Notes under the pieces: generated by a model
Told to the model about the DNA's origin: nothing
The model's database searches: none
The model's input: only the letters and a program-made list of their open reading frames with translations
Made by a program: the position numbers and the translations under genes
NCBI GenBank assembly: GCA_038087875.1
Contig: JAXLNO010000260.1
Location: 1 to 64,000, forward strand
Source of the DNA: Malacoraja senta
Lineage: Eukaryota
Length of the DNA: 64,000 bases
Direction: 5' to 3'
Part shown: piece by piece, positions 12,389 through 26,213 of the stretch
How the letters are laid out: each line of letters starts with the position of its first letter
How positions within the stretch are numbered: the stretch's first letter is position 1

Positions 12389-15300
12389 GTGTTAGGCTTC
12401 CCCCTTCAATTTACAAAGGGATTCGGGATCTATGGTGGAGAGAGAATACCCTTTTTTTGGGAGTCCGTATATGTTTTGATGTTTTGTTTTGTTTTTGCCA
12501 GGTAAAACACCTTTGTTTGTTCATATGTTTTGGTTTGTTGTTCAAAACGGTTCTGGTGTTGAGTTGAGGGGATATGGTGAAATCAATCACATTAAGAGTA
12601 ATGATGCAATGTCAAGGACTTAAGCTGATGTCTCTAAATGTTAATGGTTTGGGTAATCCAATTAAGAGGGCTATAGTCATGACTAAATTGAAAAAAGTGA
12701 AGATGCATATTATTTTCTTACAAGAAACCCATTTATCGCGACAAGAGCATGAGAAGCTAAAAAGATTTGGATATAAAAACACATATTATAGCTCACATAC
12801 TTGTAGTCATAAAAGAGGAGTGGCAATCTTGATATCAAACTCAGTTAAATTCAAAATTTTTAAAGAAATAAAAGACAAAGAAGGGAGGTGTATCTTAGTA
12901 AAGGGCAAAGTTGATAATCATATCCTGACACTGGTGAATATCTATGGTCCCCCAGATGGTGATAACCATTTTTTTCAAATCCCTATTTGATATTATTGCA
13001 ATGGAAGCAGAAGGAATTTGTATATGTGGGGGGGATCTGGATGTTGTACTGAATCATAGGCTTGATACGACAAGTAAAAAGAAGAATAAGAGCCAGTTAA
13101 CAAAACTACTAAGCACTACCTGTGAAGAAAATGGTTTTCTTGATGTCTGGAGGAATTTTCACCTAGAAAGCGACTATACACATTACTCAATACCGCACTC
13201 AGTTTACTCCAGAATAGACTATTTCTTAATGCAGAAAGAAGACTGTTATAGGGTAACAGATTGCAGAATTGGTGTGGCAGATGTATCAGACCATAACGCC
13301 ATATACTTAACAATTCAAATGGACAGTAGAAGGAAAAACACAGTGTGGCGATTAAATGTTGGAATACTGAATGATAAAAAACAACTGTTAATGATATTAA
13401 ATTGGAAATCAGAACTTATCTAGAGGAGAATGACAATGGGGAGGTAGACCCATCGATAATATGGGACTAATTGCAGGCTGTAATATGAGGTAGGTTAAGA
13501 GCTAGGGCATCACATATTAAAATGGCCAGAATGAAAACATATAATAAGTTGATATCAGACCTGAAGAATTTAGAACAGAAGTATAAAAATAATAAGGACC
13601 AGAGAACTTAGAAACAAATAGAAGATTTGAGGGGATAAATGGATGGAATATTGGGTCAAGAAGTGGAGAAAAAAGCAAGATTTGTAAAGCAGGCACATTA
13701 TGAGCTAGGCCCTATATCCACTAAAATACTTGCCCGAAGGCTACGCAAACAACAGGCTGACAACACCATACACAAAATTAAGGACCACTGTACACAGAAA
13801 TTGAAGAGTGATCCAAAAGAAATAGAATATAACTGCCAGGAATATTGCAAAGAAATATATACACAAACCTCTACAGTAGATGGGGAATCAATGAGGATTT
13901 TTTTATGTACAATAGATCTGCCCTGTATTGGAGAGACACAAAATAAAATAATCACAGCAGAAATATCACTAGAGGAGATAGAGAAGACAATTGGTAGGAT
14001 GAAAACAAACAAGGCCCCAGGCAGCGACGGTTTCCCTATAGAATGGTATAAAATAATTCAGAATGAGCTGAACCCATTTCTTCTGAGAACCTTTAACTGG
14101 ATTATCAAAGAAGGCAAGACCCCCGTCATGGAAAGAGGCAATTATAATATTAATCCCCAAAGAGAACAAAGCCAAGGAAAATTGTACCAACTACAGACCG
14201 ATATCAATTCTAAATGTGGACCATATTCTTCAATTATCTCCAAACTATTTGAAAAGTTCATGCCAGATTTAATTGATGAAGACCAGACTGGTTTTATAAT
14301 AGGCAGACAAACACAGGACAGTATTAGAAGAACCCTACATATAATACACAAGATTCAAAAGGAAAGTACGCGCGCTGTCCTGATAAGCCTAGATGCGGAA
14401 AAGGCTTTCGATAGGGTTAATTGGGAATTCTTATATCAAAAACTAGAAAGACTTGGCTTTAACGAAGATTCAATTCGAGTTATTAAAGCAATTTACCAGC
14501 AACCTACAGCAAGAGTAAAGGTGAATGGGTCCTTAACTGAGAGATTTGTGTTAGGAAGAGGAACGAGACAGGGATGTTGTCTTAGCCCTACCCTGTTTGC
14601 TATATATATTGAACCATTGGCACAAGCGATTCGACAAGATAGGGAACTGAGGGGATTAACTGTAAGAGACAGAGAACATAAAATTGGCCTTTTTGCAGAT
14701 GACGTAATGATGTATCTCACAGAAGTAAACACCTCATTTCCAAGGATGATGGGGATCATAGAGACATTTTATTTTTATGCAGGATATAAAGTGAATATTT
14801 CAAAAACTCAAACCCTCCTATTTAATTGTGCTCCTCCAGAAGAAATCAAGCAAAAGTATAATATTAAATGGGATTCAAAATCAATCAAATACCTAGGGGT
14901 ACATATAACTGAAAATATATCAATGTTGTATGGGGCCAATTATAATCACATCAACCAAAACATAAGAAAGGATATAGAAAGATGGTCCAACTACCCAATG
15001 GATTTTAGTAGTAAGATAAATGTGGTGAAAATGAATATTTTGCCAAGGCTATTGTACTTGTTTCAATCTCTGCCAATAGAGATACCATTAAAACAATTCA
15101 CGGAATGGGATAAATTAATATCTAGATTTATTTGGGGTGGAAAGAAGGCCAGAATTCGATACACTACACTCCAGTTGCCAAAGGACAAAGGTGGAATGGC
15201 ACTTCCAAATTTTAGGATATATTTCTATGCAGCCCAACTTCGACCACTAATTAATTGGTGTGAGGACGTCTATATAGCGAGGTGGAAAGAGATTGAGACA

Positions 15301-15936
15301 TATATCCCTGACTTCCACATCCAAACACTCTTGGGAGAAAAAGTGCTTCCTGGACATATCAGGAGTATAATCGATCCAATAACGATATTTACTTTAGAAA
15401 CCTGGTTCACTCTTACCAGACAACTTAAAATGAATAAACAACAAAAAGTTTTAAGATGGATAGCTTTGAATAATGAATTTAAACCAGGGATGTATGACTC
15501 AACATTTAAAGAGTGGATGAAGAAAGGAATGACTGCATTTTGTATTGTTACTGAAAATGGAGACCTAAGAAGTTTTCAAGATTTGAATGATAGATTTGTT
15601 TAGACTGAGAGATTATTACAATAAAAAAGTAAAAAGGGAGGCACTAGAAGAAAAGAATCCAGTGCTAGAAGTGATAGTTAATACGTATCATCAAAAAACA
15701 TTAAGGATTATTTCTAAACTTTATCATAGTTTAATGGAATGTCAAGCTAAAGCCACATTTTATGTAAAGTTTGTGAGAAAAGGAATTGAACATCACAATC
15801 TCAGAAGAAGACAAATGGCATCATATGTGTGAAACACTACAGACATCCACTAATTCACAAAAATGGAGAGAATTTAATTGGAAATATTTGATTTGTTTCT
15901 TTGTTACGCCTAACATAAAATACAAGCAAATTCTAA

Positions 15937-16452
15937 AGGGCCTGTCCCACGAGCATGCGACTGCATGCGGCAAGCGCAACCTAACATGGTCGCTTGAGCC
16001 GTACGGCCTCGCGGGGCCAGTCCCACTTCAATCGCCGGAGCCGTATGGAGTTGTGCGGAGCTGGTCCCGACATCGCGCGGGGCTCCGAAAAACTGACACT
16101 GTTCAAAAATTCCGCGCGCCAACAGCCTGCCGGCCCGCAGCTGCCTCGAGGCCGTGCGCACCGCCTCGACGCCGTACACACCGCCTCGATGGGCATGCGC
16201 AGCGTCTTGATGCCGTAGGCAGCGTTTTGACACCGTACGTCATGCGCAAACTTCCTGCAGACTTCGCTCGAACTTCACGTCACTCACTCGACCTCCGTAC
16301 GGCCCCCGCTTTCGGTTTGGTTGCGCTTGCCGCATGCAGTTGCATGCTGGTGGGACCAGCCCTGTACGGGGATCACTTGACCACCGCGCGGCCCCCGCTT
16401 CCGGTTTAGTCGTGCTTGCCGCATGCAGTCGCATGCTTGTGGGACAGGCCCT
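15937..16452. mobile_element. PIF/Harbinger-type MITE, interior family A
   Basis: TIR agggcctgtcccac(g)agcatgcgactgcatgcgg at both ends with TAA-type flanks; removal restores the L1 frame QIL-RQQTCW. Confidence 0.9.
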
Positions 16453-16732
16453 TTAAGGCAGCAAACATGCTGGAGGCAATGTGGCCAAACAGATGCAAAT
16501 CATGCACATATCTTCTGGAGTTGCCCAAAAATAGAACCATTTTGGGACAGAGTGAATTCAGATTTAAAGGAGGTATTAGGATATATAGTCTACAAGAAGT
16601 GTTCCAGTTTATACCTGGGTAACATAAATACAGTGGTGCTGAAGGAAGAACATTACTTGGTTAAAATCCTACTCACAGCTGGCAGAAAGGCCATTACAAG
16701 AAACTGGCTTGCAGCGGACACACCCAGACTTA

Positions 16733-17231
16733 AGGGCCTGTCCCACCAGCATGCGATTGCATGCGTCTAGCGTGACCAGACGGAAGCGGAGTTCATGCTA
16801 AGTTCACGGTAAGTACGCGACGCTAAGTATGCGGTAAGTACGCGTAAAGTTCGCGCGTGTCGTTATTTATGTCATACTCACCAATCAGCTGGGTAGGAGG
16901 CGGGCCGACTGAATTTGGCAATGGGTGGTGACGTCATCAGCAATGGCACGCCGGGCGGTGACGTCATCGCGCAACGCCACGCGCTAGGTGTACGCCGTCA
17001 AGACGCTGCGTATGCCCTCAATGCGCCTACGGGCCGACAGGCCGTTGGCGCGCGGAATTTTCGGACAGTGCAGGATTTTCGGAGCCCCGCGCGATGTCGG
17101 GACCAGCCCCGCACAACTCCATACGCCTCAGCGGTTCGAAGTGGGACCGGCCCCGCGCGGCCGTACACCTCAAGCGATAAACGTTTGGTCGTTCTAGACG
17201 CATGCAATCGCATGCTGGTGGGACAGGCCCT
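16733..17231. mobile_element. PIF/Harbinger-type MITE, family A, opposite orientation
   Basis: TIR agggcctgtcccaccagcatgcgattgcatgcgtctag, TTA TSD; removal restores the L1 frame TPRL-RQWLDIV. Confidence 0.92.
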
Positions 17232-17635
17232 TTAGACAATGGTTAGACATAGTACAGGAAATATTTGTCATGGAGAAAATTACATATTCTCTAAGAGTGA
17301 AAGAAGACAAGTTTAACAGAAAATGGGAAAAATGGATTAGGTATAGAAATAAAGACATCAACGCTGTATAATTTTATTGACAATAATGTAAGTTATTGGA
17401 AAATGTTTTAATAAGAAAATAGTTCTGTATAATGCATCTTTAATTGTAAACTGAACCCCCCCCCCCCCGCTGCGCTGTTGTACGTTTCACTGCATTGTTG
17501 CATGTTTCGTTGTTATATTTGTGTTTTGTGTATGCATAAAAGCAATATAGACTAAAGTGAAAAAAAAGAATTAGATTCAGTTTTAAGCAGGCGAAATTTA
17601 ACTTAAAAGAAGAAGAAGAACGAAGAAGAACGTCA

Positions 17636-17826
17636 ACTTGTACGTCCAAAGACGTACAAGTTTGTTGGTTAAGTGGCTTGATATACAGTACATGTAAATT
17701 GTCTCTAAGGTGTGTAGGACTAGTTAGTGTGCAGGCATCGCTGGTCGGTGCGGACTCGGTGGACTGAAGGGCTGCGTCCGAACTGTATCTCTAAACTAAA
17801 CTGAACTAAACTAAACTAAACTAAAC
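17636..17826 (+). mobile_element. V-SINE 3' half
   Basis: tccaaagacgtacaag...ggactcggtgg...(ctaaa)n tail. Confidence 0.8.
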
Positions 17827-18142
17827 ATCTTGCCTTTCTTATTTATTATGTCCATTTGTGATTCTACAATGATGCATCTCCACCCGAAGAGCCTTCCATT
17901 TAGATCTGTCTTTTCACTGTTGGTTAATGTTGTGACATTTCAGGAAAGCCAGCTCTTTTGATGAGGGTTTGTAGTTTAGAAAAGTGGTGTTGATTTGTTC
18001 TCATTGGATTCAATCCAATGTTTACACCAGACAATAATTCTCACAGTCATGTTAAAATAACTCTGAGTTAAATATTAATTACAATGTGGGATTAAAATCA
18101 GAATAATTTCTCTGTCAATACAATACAATAACACTTACCTTG

Positions 18143-18470
18143 TCAAGAGTCAAGAGAGTCAAGAGTGTTTTATTGTCATCTGTCCCAGATAGAACAATGA
18201 CATTCTTCCTTGCAGCAGCACAATAGAATATTTAAACATACACATAAAAAAACAAATATACAATGGTAGTGCAAAAAGACTAAACCAATGCCCCCAAGTC
18301 TATGTAGTTCAGAACTTATTGGAGGTTGGAGTGTTTAATAGCCGGCAGGCTGTAGGGAAGAAGCTGTTCCTGTAACTGGATGTTGCAGTTTTTAGGCTCC
18401 CGTATCTTCTTCCCAATGACAGTGGTGAAAAGAGTGTGTGGCCAGGATGGTGTGTGATCTGATGATGTTT
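18143..18470 (-). mobile_element. Rex1/Babar LINE 3' end
   Basis: Minus strand translates HHPGHTLFSPLSLGRRYGSLKTATSSYRNSFFPTA (Rex1-type C-terminus), then tgacaataaa and a tcttgac-type repeat tail. Confidence 0.75.
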
Positions 18471-19899
18471 GACTCATATCAGAGTACTGTGAAACAATCT
18501 TACCAATTTCTGCTCAGGAATGAAGGAAAGCACTCATGAATGAATATCAGCTATGCAGGCTGGAAACGCTTTAATCATCTATCCCTTTAAGACTTCAAAG
18601 ATGATGAAAAACTTGAACTATGAGATTTCCTTGTCATGGTAAAGCAGAGTTGGCCATTAGCAATGACTGGGCCTCAGTATACATAAACTGAGAACCTCCT
18701 GCCATAAAACCACTTTGAAGGCCTGTAGGATGGAGTTTTGTGTTATTCCCATACCCTGAATCTGGCTTTACTTGAGGCCCTGCTCAGATAGGCACAGACA
18801 CAAAATAAAACCTCTCATAGACCAGTGGTGTGTCTCTTGAAAAAGTTGATTTATTGAAGGCCTTAACAGTGTTATTGGGAAACACTCTGAGAGAATCCAA
18901 AGTGCTTCAAAGATTCACAGTACTTATAACATTTTTATATTCTCATGACACAATGGTTACTTGTGGATTTTACATTTTAAAAATAATTCATCATTGATCA
19001 ATGTCTCTGTAACCTTTCACCTTTTTCTTTCCCCAGAGTTACCTTTAACCTTGTGCTCCCTTTTACTTTATATACAACTCATCGCATTTGTATGACAAAA
19101 AGGTACCATAAATGTCAGTACCCCTGATTTTATTACCCACAGCTGTTTACAACTCCCAATGTTTATGTAACCTAAACTAACTGTCCTGTGGAACCTAAAC
19201 AGCACGATAAACCTATTTATTGCCATATTAACATCCTTAAGTTCCCTATGTTCGCCATTTTTTCCATCATGTTTTTTCCCGGTATGTAAACTCTAGTGTT
19301 AAGCAGATTACGAACTACTCATCTTCCTTAAAATTTTCAAAATTTCTGACAACGTGGCCTCTTCGCAGCTTCATGTAATTGAAAGAAGGGACTCAGTGGT
19401 CAAAGCAGCTTCAAATGGACATTTTAGGTTGAAACCCTCCATCTAGACTGAAAGAGTATAAAGAGGTGACAGGGAGTAGGGGGTAGAGCTGACAAGTGAT
19501 GGGTGGATCCAGGTGAGGAGGGGTTGGTTGGCAGATGGAGAGTGGGGGAAGGAGATGGCAACAAATGAGGGGAGGGAATGCAAAGACATCAAAAGTGTGC
19601 AGATTATGAAATCTGGTTAATACATCTGTTATTTAAGAGAGCAATGGTCGGCTGCAGGGAACAGCCAGGGGAAGGGTAGGGGACTCAGTGAGAATGGTCT
19701 GTGGGTAATAGGCAGATTGGGTAGGTGGGCACGGAAAGAAACAGACTGATCGGTGACTGAGGCGTTCCTTGGAAAGAATTGGTTGTGTGAAAGGACCTGG
19801 TTTGATCAGAAGAGAGAAAGGGACAGGGGGAAAAGGGTTATCTGAAAATGAAAGAAAAAATATATATATTTGCAGAGCAACTTCCCAAAATTCTGGATA

Positions 19900-20200
19900 T
19901 CTCAAAGTACTTCACAGCTGAAGATACTTTTTAAAGTGTCGCAATGTTGAGAATGTAACAGTGAAATTACATGCACGGCAGGTTAAATTGATCTCTTGTT
20001 CTTCATTACTTTGGTCCCTTGAAATCTTTTACATGCACCTGAGAAACCTGTCAGGGCATCAGTGCAACATTTCACCTGAAAGGCAGCATCTCTGACAGTT
20101 TGTACGTGCTACATTTCTGCACTGGAGAATCAGCCTAAACTTTGTGCACAAACGCAATTCGAATCCACAGACTTGCGACTCTGCTAACGCTGAGCTGTGG
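19900..20200 (-). mobile_element. Ancient Deu-domain SINE
   Basis: atcttttacatgcacctgag...cacctgaaaggcagcatctctgacagt is the reverse of the Deu core also seen at 6225-6480. Confidence 0.6.
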
Positions 20201-21605
20201 CATATGTTTGTGGCACAGAGCATGGAATATGTCTGCAGATGTTGTTTTCAGATGTTCTGGTGACAGACGCTGGGCAGGTTACAGCGATATGCAGTTTCAA
20301 TTTTACCATCAATCTGCCACCTGTACACTGTATTCCACAGCTACAGCCCTAAGCTCCATGGCAGTAATATAACTAGAATCTAACCATTATGTTTAAAGTG
20401 AAATTATTTCCCATTTATAAGGACCTCTCTGGATATTTTGACAAAGACAGGAAAATCGTTGACTAAATTCATAGTTTAAATTTATATTTAAAAATCATTG
20501 TTTTGCTTGCAGCACATTTATTTTTCACTGAAAGTTTCCAGAAAACATTCCACTTGGATATCTATGCCTCTTCTGGTACAGTTTAATTGTATCTCAAGAG
20601 CAAATTCGCTGGAACACTTATTGTCAGCAGGGAGGCAGCCAATATGACTTGGAAGATGTTGGTCCCAAGAGCTCTTGCATTGGCATTTAATTGGTGGCCT
20701 TTTATAGCACGAGCCTCCATCTGTCATAAACGTGAACGTAATTGGGGGAGAGTTCCTTAAGTCAGGAATATCAGTGGTCAGGATTAAGCTGGAATGCATC
20801 CAATGGAACATTGATGGTCATCCCTTTTCTCATGGTGGCATTTCCACCAAGCTAACCCTGGGACAATTCAGTTCTCAGAACACAGATTCCAATTCAAGCA
20901 GTAGTGGCTCCCAATATCTGGTATACATTCATAACCCGCCATCTGCTTCCCTTCCTTCCTCTCCTTCACCTCCTCCCCCAAATGTATGTTCAATTTGTTT
21001 TTACTAATTCATCAAACAACAGCAACCTCCACTGGATGAGATCCCCACCATAACTACAACAGGTGTCCACCAATACAGCCAAAGATTGGGCCAATACCTG
21101 TTGATATTGACTCCTGATTTAATTCAAATATTTTTTAGGACTAAGGTGAGTTCTGGATTAATAGAACAGGACTCCAATTGTTTTGCACCCTGAAGCTCCT
21201 TTCTGATCAGGTGTGTTTGGTTCAGATAAGCTAAGTCTGAACAGGGCTTTCACAAAGACCCAAGGACAGCGATGGGCGCAGGTAGGAAGCCGAGCATAAG
21301 ATTCAGACCGGGTGACAGAAAATCTGCCAGTTCATTTGCTTCAAACTTTGAGAGTCTGAAATTCATCATGAAAGTGTATCTTTAAACTTTGGAACTTTTC
21401 ATGGAGAGCAATTATTCTCTTGAATTTTCTACTCCAGATGTTTGTAGAAGCTAGATCACTAGAAATCTTTAAAGAAAAGATTGATGGATTTTTAAAAGTT
21501 TGAGGAAATGAAGATATAAAATTGGCACAAAAGGCAGGTTAAGTCCTTGGACAGATCGGGAATTATCATATTGAGTGGTAGAACAGGGTCGAGGGGACAG
21601 GTGGC

Positions 21606-22460
21606 CAAGTTCAAGTTCAAGTTACATTTATTGTCACATGCACTAATTGCTACAGCGAGATTTGAATTACCATACAGCCATACGAATAAAAAGAACACAA
21701 TACACAATAGAAATTTAACATGAACATTCCCACACATCAGAATCACTGTGAGGGAAGGCAATAAATTAACAAAGTTCTGTCAACTTCCACTTTGTTCAAA
21801 GGTCGGGGCCTTTGAGCCCTCCGCAGTCGCCGCATCGGCGGCCCGATGTTTCAGGTCCTCTCGCCGGAATGATGAAACTCCGACATTGGAACGGAAGAAC
21901 ACACTCAGCGGTTTGGAGTTTCCGAATCTGCCGCTTCCTACTGGAGACCGCGGCTCTCGAAGTCCACAGACCGAGCTGGGCAGAGATTCAACGCTGGCAA
22001 CCCTCGGCAAAAGATCCCAGGACTCTGCGATGTAAAAGTCAGCGCCGTCCTCGGATGGAAGCTCCGCAAACCACAGCTCCAGGGTGTTAAAGCAGCAGGC
22101 CCAACACTCCGGAAATCCAACACAGGTGATCCCCGGTAAGGCATCGCCATGCTCAGCGATGGAATTCAGTGCTGTGCCGCTGCTGAAGCTCTGGCTGGTC
22201 TCCGGCAGGAAAGGCCGCACCAATCCAGTTGGTAGGCCGCGAGTGGGGGGGGGGGGGGGGGAAGATGCGACTCGGAGAAAAGGCGCAGCCTCGACCAGGA
22301 AGTCACTGAGAAAAGGTTTTCCCCCTTCCCCCCCCCCACCCCCCACAAAAAAAAGACTAAGAAACCTCCCAAACCATACTTTTGACACACTAAAAATAAC
22401 AAAATGGGTAAAATGACAGACAAACTTCTGGCGAGGCTGCCACGTGCGGCGCCACCCGAT
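21606..22460 (-). mobile_element. GC-rich non-coding retroposon, copy A
   Basis: Homologous to 58341-59115; ends in tgacaataaa plus (acttga)n on the minus strand. Confidence 0.75.
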
Positions 22461-23366
22461 GATGTATCCCCATTTCAGGGGTTCTTGTGTTCTTGAAGGT
22501 GTTTTTCCAATGTTTTTCAAAGAAGTGGTCCTGGAGACCTATAAGCTACATCGTGACTTCCTGTCCTTTATACTCAATGCCCCAACCAATGAAGGCAAGC
22601 ATACAATAAGCCTTCTTTACCACTTTATCTACTTGTGCTCCCATTTTCGGAGAGTTATGGTCTTGGACACCAAAATCCACCTGTATGTGATGCCCCAAGC
22701 CTTTGTATAACCCTTAACATAATTCAATGCATACGTGTTTGACAATGGGGCTCATATAAACATGGGTAAAAGGATAAAGAAAGATAATTAAAGAAGATAG
22801 GAGGAAAACTGGTTGGAGTTCCACAAGGCCGTAGCTTCAATTAGCATGGTGAGTGAAATAACCTCCTGTGCTGTTGTTTCTATAGATCTGTTTTTGTTCT
22901 TTTTATCAGGTTGGAAGGATTATAAAGTTACATTTCATCTTACAGCACATTTAAAAATGCTGCATCATCTGCTCCTGTTTGCATGCAATGTGTTTAATCT
23001 AGTATTTGGATGTTAGAGCATGTTCACTTCAATGTTTTAATAACAGCATCTGCATAATCTGTTTATTCAAGTAATTTAAATCTAACATTTTCTGTGAGCT
23101 ATCATTTTTTATTAACCAGTCATACTTCAATACACTAAACTGGTTTAAGGTGCATTTGTTGCAGAACACCAACTTCAAACAAAGCATAGATGGATTAATC
23201 TAATTTTTAAATTAATTTGCGATAGTTATGCTCTTAAAGTAAAGTTTGTTTTTGTCTTTGGTGCAAACCATCTGGGCATATCCACCTTTGAAGCAGAGGA
23301 TCTGCTTTGCCTAAATTCCACACATCTTGCCCCTACTCTCAAATTAACTCTCAAACATGTATGCAC

Positions 23367-23685
23367 GGCGTCACAGTGGCGCAGCGGTAAAGTTGCTGCT
23401 TTACAGAGCCAGAGACCCAGGTTCAATCCTAACTATGGGTGCTGCCTGAATGGAGTTTGTACGTTCTCCCTGTGACCATGTGGGTTTTCCCCGGGTGCTC
23501 TGGTTTCCTCCCACACTCCAAAGACATTCAGGTTTGTAGGTTATCTGGCATGGGTAGACATTATAAATGTCCCCCAGTGGGTAGGACAGTGCTAGTGTAT
23601 GAGGATCACTGGTCGGCGTCGACTCGTAGGCTGAAGGGCCTGTTTCCACGCTGTTTGTCTAAACTAATCTAAACTAAACTAAACT
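23367..23685 (+). mobile_element. Full-length V-SINE (HE1-like)
   Basis: A box (tggcgcagcgg), B box (ggttcaatcc), V-domain and (ctaaa)n tail. Confidence 0.9.
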
Positions 23686-25244
23686 GATACCTCTGAGATG
23701 CTAATGTATTCTCATGGTAGTTCATTAACTAAAATGGCTGGAAAAATTATAATGCCTGTGCAGGAAATGATTAGTGAAAAATCTCAGGGAATAAAATCAG
23801 ATGAATTACATGAAAGTTTACCGGCTGTGACCAGTGGATGCTTCCATGCTCAGAGAATGAGCTTTGCACCTCAGCTGATAGAGAATGAGCTCTACATGTA
23901 CATAATTTCAATGTAATTATGTGCTTATTTGAACAATGGAGATGCAATAGCAACAGATGAGTGGGGGGAGGGGGGGGGAGACATACAATCACTCACAGTG
24001 CACTTTGAAAATGAAGTGACTGCAAAAAGTAAAAAATAGGGAGTCGATTATTTTTTTCATTTACCAAGACTCCAAAGTCTAGCTTGCAACAATGTAATAG
24101 AGTCCAGATCATTCTTTTTTTCTAAAATGGCATTGATTGAGGAAGGAATATTTTTACTTAGATTGAGGAAATTACTTCTTGCTCTTTGAAATTATTTTGT
24201 GCGTTCATGAGAACAAAAGGTGAGCTCCAGGAAATGCAGCTCTGAATTCTACACTGCTTTAGGGCAGGACTGAAACTCTAGCCTAGGCAACCTCACTCAG
24301 AACTGTGGATTGCACCTTCATGCCACAAAAGTTGGACTCAGAGGCAGCGTTTATCCACTTTACAACTGGCAACAAACAGCTCATAATATCATGGTATCGT
24401 TGCTCTAAATCTCGCTATGAATACCCTAAATCTAAATCTTAAATCCATAGTTAGGATTGAACCTGGGTCTCTGGCGCTGTAAAGCAGCAACTCTACCGCT
24501 GCACCACTGTGACGAGTGGTGCCACTGTGGCGAGTGGTGCCCTACATACGTGTTTGAGAGTTAACTTGAGAGTAGGGGCAAGATGAGTGTGGAATTTAGG
24601 CAAAGCAGATCCTCTGCTTCAAAGGTGGATATGCTCAGATGGTTTGCACCATAGATAACAAAAATAAATGATATTTCTGTTTTCTTTTGTTTCATTTCCA
24701 AACAGGGCAACAAAAAGTCAAGTATGAAAGAAAAAAACAAATTGCAAGTAGAGGAAATTTGAGAAATAATTATGATATTTTTTTTATGTTTCAGAGGTCT
24801 ATTCCTGTTCCACCCTGATAAAAAATCAAATTGGTTGTGATCTATTACTTATTATAAACAATGAACTTTGATGGAGTTATTATTAGCAGTAGAACTGGTT
24901 GAGGTGTATACTCCTCTGCTGAAAATAGCAGTTACACTCTGCATGTTCCAGACCACTAATTTATATGACATCTGATCATCAGTATTAAATTGGTGCTAAA
25001 GCTGCTCAAAATATTGAGGTCTTAACTAACATATTTACACACATTTTAACATGTTTAAAATGATATCTCATACTTCTCTTGGTCACCCTGCAAGTCTCTG
25101 GTAGGAATACTTAGTTTGGTCTTTGCTTTCACCCACTGTATCTGAAGCATTGCATTTATTAAATTATCTGCAAATATTTTGGCATAGTGTAATGGTCAAG
25201 GTCGGGTGACACTGGATCCAAACTGATTACTGGTTGATTCTCTT

Positions 25245-25520
25245 GACAAAGGCCTGGATAGAGTAGATGTGGAGAGGATGTTTCCACTAGTGGGAGAGTC
25301 CACAATGAGGAGGAATTGTTTTAGTCAGAGTGTGGTGAACCGATGGAATTCATTGCCACTGAAGGTTGCGGAGGCCAAATCAATGGATTTTTTGAGGCAG
25401 AGATAGGTAGAGTCTTGATTAGTACAGGTGTCAGGGGTTATGGGGAGAAGGCAGGAGAATCAGCCATGATTGAATGGCGAAGTAGACAATGCTTAATTGT
25501 GCTCTTATCACTTATGAACT
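25245..25520 (+). mobile_element. CR1 3' fragment
   Basis: ggcctggatagagtagatgtggagaggatgtttccactagtgggagagtc matches 47490-47545. Confidence 0.8.
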
Positions 25521-25943
25521 TCATTATTACTGTACATCTGCTTATAGAATAGTTTTTTTTATAATTTTCTATTCAATTTCATATATTCTTGCATATATAA
25601 TGCAGTTTATGATTTTTCTGTATTTGATATTTTTGCATCTATATGCAACCCTCCTGTGCATTTTTATTGCTTTCTTTAGCTTTCACACTTTTGTCCTTTT
25701 AATATTTTTCCATTGACAGAGATATTTATTTTCTACCAGCATTTGCTTCTCAAATGTTCATAGTAAAACCACCCCTCATGCCATTCAACATATCAGCTAT
25801 TCACTGTGACAGCAGTAATCATTCCTAACTCTTTATTTTATCTTCTGTCTCTCCCTGTGGCCTCCTTGCTAGTCTTTTATTTGTTTCTAGTGCTGAAGAA
25901 GCGTCAACATCAAGAACATTAAAAATTAAATATAATTGAATTT

Positions 25944-25974
25944 TATATATGTGTGTGTGTACGTATATGTGTTG

Positions 25975-26023
<49 letters not shown>

Positions 26024-26035
26024 TACACACACATG
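25944..26035. repeat. (AT)n microsatellite with GT/AC flanks
   Basis: Direct reading. Confidence 0.95.
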
Positions 26036-26213
26036 TAAAAAAAAATAAACATTACTACAAATAGTGTTAAAGCCAATGAAATAAATGGGGATAATTCTGC
26101 AAATAAATGCTGTTGGGGTGAAGTGGGCAGGAAGGATCACACTGGCAGCAAATATGGCCTTGTAATATCCAAAACTAATAGCGCAAATGATAATTAAGCA
26201 GAAGATTAGGTGT

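Larger units (their letters stand above)
12389..17630 (+). mobile_element. L1-clade LINE, disrupted ORF2 (about 12601-17371), no ORF1 seen
   Basis: APE endonuclease (SLNVNGL, FLQETH, SRIDY, SDH), RT (KAPGSDG, DAEKAFDRV, GTRQGCCLSP, FADD), C-terminal CWRQC..HIFWSC; frameshifts, stops and two MITE insertions. Confidence 0.95.

Noticed and set aside
18780..19355. Possible solo LTR (tttatt signal, ends in tctgaca)
   Set aside because: No matching 5' terminus or TSD could be identified.
20440..21200. Repeat-free stretch with homeobox-like words, a possible conserved enhancer
   Set aside because: Cannot be supported without a cross-species alignment.
21780..22520. 246-aa ORF
   Set aside because: It lies in the GC-rich repeat, has no domain I recognise and is not preserved as the same ORF in copies B and C.
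23367..23440. tRNA-like sequence with A and B boxes
   Set aside because: It is a SINE head continuing into a V-domain and tail, not a tRNA gene.
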